Shown in pieces: positions 57,373 to 64,000 of a DNA stretch of 64,000 nucleotides. A program made the translations under genes and the position numbers. The stretch lies in sequence record NC_009760.1. One strand, 5' to 3'. Under the pieces are notes generated by a model. The model worked only from the letters and a program-made list of their open reading frames with translations. It made no database searches and had not been told where the DNA came from. How positions within the stretch are numbered: the first letter of the stretch is position 1; each line of letters begins with the position of its first letter.

Positions 57373-59764
57373 GTCTCACACCCTCCTCGTCATCTATATC
57401 GTCATATGATGCTAGTAGTTCTTTGTATTGTTTGATATTCATCTTGAGATTCCGTGCGTTATTGTGAAGCCTTACTTCATCATAGCTTCGTGGAGCAAAA
57501 TGCATTCGCCACTTCTCCTCTAATTCCTTGTCACGACCAAACTCTTCCGGAACATCTAGACCATGAAAGATAAATGGAGGCAGTGCGCTCTTACCAACAT
57601 ATGTTTTAAAGTACCAGTGGTATTCCAGTTGTTCTAATTGCTTTAGTTCTTCGACGCTGATGCTAAGTTCTTGCGCCATAATCTTTAGGTTCTTTAAGTC
57701 GAGTCCACCACCAACTAATATATGAGGATTCATCCCGATGATTTGTTGCCATAACGCTTCGTTCTTTGATGACACTTGCGATGGATTCTGTATGAGGAAG
57801 TTGTCGCTCACGCCGTATTTCCGTGACTTCGATATAGATAGTTCAAAGATAGGTGTCGCATCCATATAGGTCTGCGGTTCGTCGTACATCTTATGATGAA
57901 TCGGCGGTAGCTTTCCTTGTTGCAGTAATCCTTCTCGCATAAGTGTCGCTGTCCAGTAACCATAGTTTAGGAAGCTCATCATCATGCGCTGCTCATTCTC
58001 AAGGAAGACACCGTTCGATAAATTGTACAGTACCCACTTGCCTTGATTCATCCAGTTGAAGATGTCGAGCTTACCTCCTGTTCCGCAGAAGATCGGGCCG
58101 AGTCGTTTGTTATATTGCAAATTATCTAATCTGTATAAAATAGGTTGCAGGATTTCAGTTACCTGACTATCACTCTTTACAATCTTCGGAAACTCTGTTT
58201 TCCACCAAAGGAATAATTCCGGATTACTCTTTCGTATCGTAGGCAAGAACTTACGACGGTACTCTTCATCTCGCATAAGAAGAATCAGTTCTAAGAAAGT
58301 CGCATCCGGATTACTAAAGACAGTCATCGCTGCTTTCCGTAAGAAACTATTCATCCGGTGATTGTGTGCTGTTTTAAAATACACCTCAAAGAACTCTGCA
58401 AACATCGCCCCTATTGTATCGCTATCTCTACCCAACGAGGAGAAGTTAAAGATATGGGGATATTTTTCGTCTGCGAAATTAACAAGTACAAGTTTTCCAC
58501 GCTCCTCTTCCGGTGTAGATTCGATAGCTTCGAGATAAAGTCTGCCGTCAGCAACATCGAATATTGACCCTCCGTGACCAGCTTCCATTGCTCCGTTTTT
58601 GAAGATTTTAACCGCTGTAGATTTACCACTTCCGGGAGGTGCAATCCAGAGTCGGGCTTTGCTCGCAGTGTCACGGTTAGCGACACTAAATCCCACCAAT
58701 GATCCCTCGGTAGCATACTCAATGCTATGTCCAATTGGGATAATATCTCGTGTAAGTCTTTCATCGACAGTCGTTTCATCCGGCTTCATCCTCTCTAACT
58801 TTCGTGTTGTAATCTCTTTAGTTGGAAGGCGAAGTAATACTTGTAGTTCATCATCACATAATAAACTTGCTGTCGTTAGCACCGGCATCTTACGTGTACG
58901 CATTGCCTCTAGTGTAGACTTCTTTCTAATAACAGGAGACATTTGCCAGCTATTATAATAGCCCGTACTTTTAAAACAAGATGCGATGGATTCAATGATG
59001 TCATTTCGGCGCTCATACGTATTCGCATAGACAGCTACTCTCACAACAACATGATATCCAGTCTGACGTACCTTCTGATTGAACTCTTTAATTTCACGAT
59101 GACGTTTTAGTTTCAAGGAAGGTTCTTCTTTTCCGAAGGACGATACAAGATGTGTGATTTGTTTATCGAGTTTGCGTCCGCCACTTTTGAGAAAGGAACC
59201 TCCGCTATCGGCATCACCTCCATTAATATAGAGTTCGTAGGCACGTTCTATCTCGTCTTGCCATCCATCCTCTACCGGATCAATCAGCAGTTGTACAAAA
59301 ACTTTTTCATCCTTTTGTAATTCTTCGGTAACGTACAAGATGTCTTTGCATAACATAGAAGTGTCCATCCTGTTAGGGAAGAAAGGTGCTTTGGTTGTGT
59401 GAAGGTAAGAGATGAGCGTGTTTTGACAGTCTGATACGAACGGCCAAGATGAGTGGATGTATTCCTTCACCCCGCTTCCTTTATAGACAGATTGAATCTT
59501 CTCTTTCAGCATGGTACGGTTCCCTACTGGGACGGTATACATGTAGAAACTTTCGTTGCTATCTGCGTACAGTTCTTGTGCAATGATGGGTTGACCGTCC
59601 CTTAGGGATTTAAACATTTGATTGTTACGTATACTTGAGAAGGACTTCATGAGTGCATGTAAGTCCTCATTTGTGTTGTCTGTAGCAGGTGCAACCTTAT
59701 ACGATACATAGTCATGTGTTTTAAATAGACCAGGAGTGAATTTACTTTTGATTGAGTTTTTCAT
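57356..59764 (-). CDS. Conjugation-type coupling ATPase (VirD4/TraG/VirB4-HerA-FtsK superfamily)
   Basis: Walker A APPGSGKST, Walker B MYDEPQ, SRKYGVSDNFLIQNPSQ; overlaps the relaxase start. Confidence 0.82.
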   Translation of the reverse strand: MKNSIKSKFTPGLFKTHDYVSYKVAPATDNTNEDLHALMKSFSSIRNNQMFKSLRDGQPIIAQELYADSNESFYMYTVPVGNRTMLKEKIQSVYKGSGVKEYIHSSWPFVSDCQNTLISYLHTTKAPFFPNRMDTSMLCKDILYVTEELQKDEKVFVQLLIDPVEDGWQDEIERAYELYINGGDADSGGSFLKSGGRKLDKQITHLVSSFGKEEPSLKLKRHREIKEFNQKVRQTGYHVVVRVAVYANTYERRNDIIESIASCFKSTGYYNSWQMSPVIRKKSTLEAMRTRKMPVLTTASLLCDDELQVLLRLPTKEITTRKLERMKPDETTVDERLTRDIIPIGHSIEYATEGSLVGFSVANRDTASKARLWIAPPGSGKSTAVKIFKNGAMEAGHGGSIFDVADGRLYLEAIESTPEEERGKLVLVNFADEKYPHIFNFSSLGRDSDTIGAMFAEFFEVYFKTAHNHRMNSFLRKAAMTVFSNPDATFLELILLMRDEEYRRKFLPTIRKSNPELFLWWKTEFPKIVKSDSQVTEILQPILYRLDNLQYNKRLGPIFCGTGGKLDIFNWMNQGKWVLYNLSNGVFLENEQRMMMSFLNYGYWTATLMREGLLQQGKLPPIHHKMYDEPQTYMDATPIFELSISKSRKYGVSDNFLIQNPSQVSSKNEALWQQIIGMNPHILVGGGLDLKNLKIMAQELSISVEELKQLEQLEYHWYFKTYVGKSALPPFIFHGLDVPEEFGRDKELEEKWRMHFAPRSYDEVRLHNNARNLKMNIKQYKELLASYDDIDDEEGVRLGEDT

Positions 59765-59861
59765 TTGTTATCACCTTCAGTGTGCCGTAACCAATCATAA
59801 GTAGTACCATCGTATTTACGCCAAGCAGAATCGTCTGCATAAAGATAAGTGTCTGTAACAT
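59742..59861 (-). CDS. 39-aa hydrophobic membrane peptide missing from the ORF track (VirB3-like position)
   Basis: RBS AGGAGG; MLQTLIFMQTILLGVNTMVLLMIGYGTLKVITNEKLNQK; overlaps the ATPase start. Confidence 0.68.
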   Translation of the reverse strand: MLQTLIFMQTILLGVNTMVLLMIGYGTLKVITNEKLNQK

Positions 59862-59871
59862 TGTCATCCTC

Positions 59872-60750
59872 CTATCGTTTCAGTATGGCGAATCGTGCAA
59901 GCCTTCCGATTGTTTTGAGTGGTGCTAAACTGTTTGCGCCTGAGTCCATCATGCCGCGAACCCATCCCGGAGGATTCAGCATCATGTGTAGCCCGCCAAT
60001 CGCAAGCATAATCTTGATAATACCGTACTCCATACCTTGCCATGCGCTATGAGTGGGAAGCAGATTCGGACTATAAAGTATGATGGCAATCAGTCCAAGC
60101 ATAAAGCTATGAGCGACCTGCACAAAGAACTTATGAATGTTATCTTTCGTCCACATAGATAAGATACTTTCAAATGGTTTGAAGATATAGCTGACCATCA
60201 CAAACGGTGTGACCAGCATATTAAACATGAGTCCGAACCAACGATACGCATGATAGAGAAGTATTTTAAAGAGGTAGAATCCGAGTGCGAGTAAGAAGAA
60301 GAATGTAAGTACAGACATGAATATACTATTGCTAAGACCTGTTAGATGATTCACGAATACATCGTTACCTTCCATTGCTCCGCCTGTAATCAGACCCATA
60401 TACGATACGAGTTCATTCACGCCAATCGCCGTGTAATAAAAGATAAAGGGTACAATAGCAGATACAACAATCGCAATCGGAAAGCGTACAGCGATTTGAC
60501 TCATTGGTGTATAGCTGAGAGATAACGTGCGTTTAAGTCCTTCTATCATCGTAAGTACCGTAACGACTGCCATAGAGACTCCGCTCATCTTGAGGAGTAT
60601 ACCAATCATAGCAGGGTTCTTAAATAACTCGAAGGGAGTAAAGAGTACGTACTTTAACATATCGGTAAATATCCAGTTCACGAACTCGACTACGAACCCT
60701 CTTTCTCTTACGATAAGATCCGGTGCGCTCATACAACCCGATAAAAACAT
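59872..60750 (-). CDS. VirB6/TrbL-like polytopic membrane protein (start uncertain, possibly ATT at 60798)
   Basis: About 5-6 TM segments; lies between the pilin and the ATPase; the track's 61086 start overlaps the pilin gene and is unlikely. Confidence 0.65.
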   Translation of the reverse strand: MFLSGCMSAPDLIVRERGFVVEFVNWIFTDMLKYVLFTPFELFKNPAMIGILLKMSGVSMAVVTVLTMIEGLKRTLSLSYTPMSQIAVRFPIAIVVSAIVPFIFYYTAIGVNELVSYMGLITGGAMEGNDVFVNHLTGLSNSIFMSVLTFFFLLALGFYLFKILLYHAYRWFGLMFNMLVTPFVMVSYIFKPFESILSMWTKDNIHKFFVQVAHSFMLGLIAIILYSPNLLPTHSAWQGMEYGIIKIMLAIGGLHMMLNPPGWVRGMMDSGANSLAPLKTIGRLARFAILKR

Positions 60751-60776
60751 CGGTGCAATGAGTACCGCACGTTTCT

Positions 60777-61301
60777 TTAGTTTGTGTAGTTGGGGAATAA
60801 GGCTAGAAAACCTCTTACAATAGTAGCTATAACCCCTAACACTGCTGGTGCAGTAAGAACCATCGTCATGCCCGCAACGGCATCCTTGTAACGTTTCTTC
60901 GCTTCTTCTCTTAAACCAATCATACGGAAGAATCCTGCTACCATTGCCATGATGATTGCGACGCTGACACATACGCCTAAACAGATTATCTGTACCTTGA
61001 GCAGCACTTCGTCTACTTCCGGTGGTAGCTTTGCTTGATCTACTGTCTCTGCTGATGTTGGCATTGCTATCATGACATTCGTCCAAGTGGCAAGAACGGT
61101 TGTGTAGATGTATACGATAACCTTGTTTCGTTTTTTCGTACGTACCGCCTTGCCCTTTAGAAAATTTACAACATCCTTCGTGTCAGAATTGAGATTTTGT
61201 TTTGCATGGGTGAGAATATCTTCCTTGCATACAGAAACCATGTCATGCTCTACAGTTCCTTTTCGACCACGTATATTGAATGCAGGTGTCACTTTCTTCA
61301 C
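60777..61301 (-). CDS. VirB2/TrbC-like pilin precursor
   Basis: Likely GTG start 61301 (MKKV) after AGGAAGG; long leader, signal-like ...IAMPTSA/ET, two hydrophobic helices separated by the basic loop REEAKKRYKDA. Confidence 0.65.
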   Translation of the reverse strand: MKKVTPAFNIRGRKGTVEHDMVSVCKEDILTHAKQNLNSDTKDVVNFLKGKAVRTKKRNKVIVYIYTTVLATWTNVMIAMPTSAETVDQAKLPPEVDEVLLKVQIICLGVCVSVAIIMAMVAGFFRMIGLREEAKKRYKDAVAGMTMVLTAPAVLGVIATIVRGFLALFPNYTN

Positions 61302-61323
61302 GTCCTTCCTGTGGTTATCTACA

Positions 61324-61358
61324 TCATACTGTATGACAATATTCCCTCGTCTTATGAC
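61324..61358. promoter_or_regulatory. Palindrome / direct repeat in a divergent promoter region
   Basis: TCATAC-T-GTATGA palindrome; TATGAC repeated at 61332 and 61353 (21 bp apart). Confidence 0.4.
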
Positions 61359-61394
61359 TGATAGTAGTTTAAAATAAATATAAGGAGGTGGAAA

Positions 61395-61913
61395 ATGATG
61401 GTTCAAAGTAATCGTGATGTAAGTAATCAAGGTGTATACAATAACAATGGATTATTAATTGGTGCAGGTCTTGCAGGTGCAGGAGGTTTAGCGTGGGCGT
61501 TACTTCGCCGTGGTAAAGGTGCAGGAAAGATGATGGGTCACGCTGATTCACAAACAGCATCGTCCGTTGTAGCTCCGGTAGAGCAGGGATTTCAACCACA
61601 AAACTTTCTAAAGAATGCTGTTGAATCTGAAAAGCTAAAAGAAACACGAATTGGTTTAAGTACCTACTTATCTAAAAATCCTGCTAATGTAGATGGTGAA
61701 GTATCACATGCACTAAAATACAGTCAGGATAAATTCGGTGCTAAACTATGGGATGAATATGATGGTAGACCATTAGAACAAGACAAGTCGAAATGGACAA
61801 AGGATTACTTAGGATACTTAAAAAGTGACCTACGCAATAACTTCGCCGAAGAACGATTTAATCACATTCTAGATGTGGGAAGACAAGTGAGAGGGAAGCC
61901 AACACAATTATAG
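61395..61913 (+). CDS. Hypothetical protein with an N-terminal Gly-rich TM anchor
   Basis: RBS AAGGAGGTG; LLIGAGLAGAGGLAWALL followed by RRGK. Confidence 0.7.
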   Translation: MMVQSNRDVSNQGVYNNNGLLIGAGLAGAGGLAWALLRRGKGAGKMMGHADSQTASSVVAPVEQGFQPQNFLKNAVESEKLKETRIGLSTYLSKNPANVDGEVSHALKYSQDKFGAKLWDEYDGRPLEQDKSKWTKDYLGYLKSDLRNNFAEERFNHILDVGRQVRGKPTQL

Positions 61914-61936
61914 CCGGACTCAATCGAACCCGGCTA
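61911..61936. terminator. Hairpin at a convergent gene junction
   Basis: TAGCCGG...CCGGCTA 7-bp stem spanning both stop codons. Confidence 0.45.
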
Positions 61937-62186
61937 AGATGTTATCTATGACTACGCCTTCGGATGCACTTGTAACACCCGGCATTCGTATTTTAATTTG
62001 CTCTTTAGGTTTTGGTTTAAGAGGGGGAGTCGGTATCGTCTTTTGGTCAAGTCGCATCATCGCTTCGTACTTTAACCCATACCTGACCAATTGACGTAGC
62101 CTCTTTGATCTATCCTCTATATTTTCAAACGCATCTATAATATCCTTATCTCGTTTCGGGGAGAGTCTTGCTTGTAAATCAGCCAT
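61920..62186 (-). CDS. Ribbon-helix-helix partition adaptor (ParR-like)
   Basis: LQARLSPKRDKDII...RSKRLRQLVRYGL RHH pattern; overlaps the actin-like gene; alternative TTG at 62192. Confidence 0.68.
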   Translation of the reverse strand: MADLQARLSPKRDKDIIDAFENIEDRSKRLRQLVRYGLKYEAMMRLDQKTIPTPPLKPKPKEQIKIRMPGVTSASEGVVIDNILAGFD

Positions 62187-63171
62187 GTGCAATCAGCCTT
62201 CCATACTTCGCAAAGCCTCGTGCATTACCGAACTCCGGATTATCATGCTTCAATATAATATCTCCGAACTGACTTTGGAAGAATGGTGTTAATCCAGTAG
62301 ACCCGCCACCAGTGAGTAAAATCTCATGAACATCATCCGGATTCACCCACACTGGAATCTCTCCGCTAATACTTCCAACATGCATATCAATTGCAGAAGT
62401 AATTAATTCACTGATGTCTGTTGCAATACCTTTAATGTATACCTTGCGCTCACGGTAGATTTCATCTATCTGTGTCAGGTTCTTACGAATACCATACTCT
62501 TTAGCTAATAAACGACGTAACTCTTTATGGAAGTTGTTTGTAGCGGTATACAGTGTTGTAGATTCACTACGACTAAACCGACCATTGTTCATAGTTACAA
62601 TCTCTGTCGTGCGGTAACCAATGTTTACAATTACCGTTTTCGGTTTAACACGTTCCGTAATGACCTGCCCACTTTCATCGAGAATGTAATCGTAGTAGTC
62701 TCCGGCTCCTTGCGGAACGACAACCACTTTCTGAATCGTGCTACGGCACTTGCGTCCTCGGAACGAATAGTCATAGTCCCTGACAAATTCAGTTTCAATC
62801 TTATCTTTAACAAGGAAGTATTCTTCCACCGGTACGCCTGTAACCATAAGGTCAATCTTGTTCTGTCCTGTCTCATACAATAGCCCCAGTCCTGTAAGTA
62901 ATTTTACTGTCTCGTCTATTGTATCCACTTTGTTAGCTAGGAATGTATACCGGTGATTGGTAGCAAATTCGGAAGCCTTATCTCCTACGTAATACGTTTC
63001 GTCATCATACGTAAGCCACAAGTCTTTCATTGTCTCTCCATGATCTGTAGCGTTCTGTATCTCAAGTGAGGTAGGGAAGCCAATAATATTCGGGAACTTG
63101 AACTCAATGTCATCCTCTAAGTTAATGCCTTTAAACTGTTTGAAACCAATGTCGCAACCAAATATATACAT
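62179..63171 (-). CDS. parM: Actin-like plasmid segregation ATPase (ParM/StbA/Alp family)
   Basis: CDIGFKQFKG phosphate-1, VVPQG, NIGYRTT phosphate-2, LLTGGGS adenosine, GNARGF connect-2. Confidence 0.9.
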   Translation of the reverse strand: MYIFGCDIGFKQFKGINLEDDIEFKFPNIIGFPTSLEIQNATDHGETMKDLWLTYDDETYYVGDKASEFATNHRYTFLANKVDTIDETVKLLTGLGLLYETGQNKIDLMVTGVPVEEYFLVKDKIETEFVRDYDYSFRGRKCRSTIQKVVVVPQGAGDYYDYILDESGQVITERVKPKTVIVNIGYRTTEIVTMNNGRFSRSESTTLYTATNNFHKELRRLLAKEYGIRKNLTQIDEIYRERKVYIKGIATDISELITSAIDMHVGSISGEIPVWVNPDDVHEILLTGGGSTGLTPFFQSQFGDIILKHDNPEFGNARGFAKYGRLIAHG

Positions 63172-63192
63172 GGTAACACCCTCTCATGATTG

Positions 63193-63270
63193 TTGTACTA
63201 CATATCTATGGCATAGGAATTGTCCATTATAACCATTACGCAAAAATAACAGGAATATTATGTAGTACAA
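63193..63270. promoter_or_regulatory. 12-bp perfect inverted repeat pair flanking a minus-strand TATAAT (63226-63231)
   Basis: TTGTACTACATA (63193-204) and TATGTAGTACAA (63259-270); each contains TGTA-n-TACA. Confidence 0.7.
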
Positions 63271-63323
63271 GTGGATAGACTAGCAGTAAGTGACATTCTC
63301 AAACATGACAGGAGGAAATAAAA

Positions 63324-63755
63324 GTGACAGCTAAAGCAAAGAAACCTAGATATGCAGGTGCATATAATCGGTTATTCCCGGTTAAAGTATCTACGAGTAC
63401 ATTCCTGACAATCTATATTTTACATTTGTTAACACGAAAGGAACGTTTATATGGTAAGGAAATCATCAACGAAATCGAGAACCGCTTCGCCGGTGAGTGG
63501 AAACCTTCGCACGGTTTGGTATATCCGATACTCCGAGAACTTGAAGCGGAGGGTCTAGTAAAAGGTCATTGGATAGGTGAAAGTTCTAAGAAGACGATTC
63601 GTACGTATAGCATCACGAAAAAGGGTAAAGCAGCGTACATAGAGGAGAAGGAGAAGCACAAGGATGCATTCTCGAAATCATTCTTTATGATGGAAACGTT
63701 GTTGGGGGATTTGTATACAGACTTTGAGATGATAGATATAGAGGATTTAAAATAG
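63324..63755 (+). CDS. PadR-family transcriptional regulator
   Basis: GTG start after AGGAGG; LYGKEII...WKPSHGLVYPILRELEAEGLV...YSITKKG. Confidence 0.9.
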   Translation: MTAKAKKPRYAGAYNRLFPVKVSTSTFLTIYILHLLTRKERLYGKEIINEIENRFAGEWKPSHGLVYPILRELEAEGLVKGHWIGESSKKTIRTYSITKKGKAAYIEEKEKHKDAFSKSFFMMETLLGDLYTDFEMIDIEDLK

Positions 63756-63778
63756 AGGAGCGAATGCTCCTCTTATTT
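63749..63778. terminator. Bidirectional intrinsic terminator
   Basis: AGAGGAGC-GAAT-GCTCCTCT 8-bp stem with A-rich and T-rich flanks between convergent genes. Confidence 0.8.
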
Positions 63779-64000
63779 GTTGTAGTACGGTTGCAGACAC
63801 ATACGCCAGTGTTTATCGTTTAGGTTCTTGTTACCTGCTTCAATCATAAGTTGTATTACATCTGTGTTCGGAGCGCCACCAATAAAGGTAAAATCCTGTA
63901 TACCACGTTCTTGAATGTAATCACCTAATGACCACGGCAACTTCGCTGCTTCGAACTGCTTATGATAATTCAGCATCGGCTGATTGCGAAGACCAGCAAC
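63773..64000 (-). CDS. Hypothetical protein, 5'-truncated by the window edge
   Basis: Frame stays open to base 64000. Confidence 0.55.
   Translation of the reverse strand, partial: VAGLRNQPMLNYHKQFEAAKLPWSLGDYIQERGIQDFTFIGGAPNTDVIQLMIEAGNKNLNDKHWRMCLQPYYNK

Larger units (their letters stand above)
1..64000. mobile_element. Segment of a jumbo myophage / phage-plasmid of a Bacillus-like host
   Basis: Continuous baseplate, fibre, holin, replication and partition genes; Firmicute-type RBSs (AGGAGG/AGGTGA); no host housekeeping genes; ParM-type partition and relaxase instead of an integrase. Confidence 0.9.

Noticed and set aside
60751-61086. N-terminal extension of the 404-aa ORF and of the 217-aa ORF (to 61430) in the track
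   Set aside because: The extensions overlap real genes in other frames, lack RBSs and read as non-coding shadows
53384-63330. Shared GTGACA-containing words at 53384, 56462, 63289 and 63324
   Set aside because: Short (8-9 bp), in unrelated contexts (terminator stem, start codon), compatible with chance

Overview
The whole 64-kb window reads as part of a very large contractile-tailed (myovirus-type) phage of a Bacillus-like Firmicute that probably persists as a plasmid. 1-44.0 kb (+) is a tail/baseplate/fibre module. It starts with a hub fused to NlpC/P60 and M23 wall hydrolases, then a spike split over two genes, gp25-like and baseplate J-like wedges. These are followed by about 20 large, often paralogous virion proteins carrying FN3, VWA (intact MIDAS), PA14, lectin/TSP-C-like, Ig-like and repeat domains. 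44.0-45.0 kb holds three holin-like membrane genes with no endolysin. 45.1-53.4 kb is a sigmaA-promoted replication/recombination operon: Rad52/Sak-like annealase, archaeo-eukaryotic primase, DnaB helicase, Cas4/AddB-like protein, RuvC-like resolvase, sigma factor and an endonuclease. 53.4-56.4 kb is a second island of structural-looking genes with thymidine kinase inside it. 56.5-64 kb is a mostly minus-strand plasmid-like block. It carries a minimal conjugation-like cassette (VirB2/TrbC-like pilin, VirB6/TrbL-like protein, an unannotated 39-aa membrane peptide, one VirD4/VirB4-like ATPase, and a Replic_Relax/MOB_C-type relaxase), an actin-like ParM/ParR-type partition pair and a PadR regulator. 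The layout recalls the 0305phi8-36 / pBtic235 group of Bacillus jumbo phages and phage-plasmids; this is an inference from memory and was not searched. No tRNA, rRNA, CRISPR array, integrase or reverse transcriptase was seen. All domain calls come from motif reading by eye.
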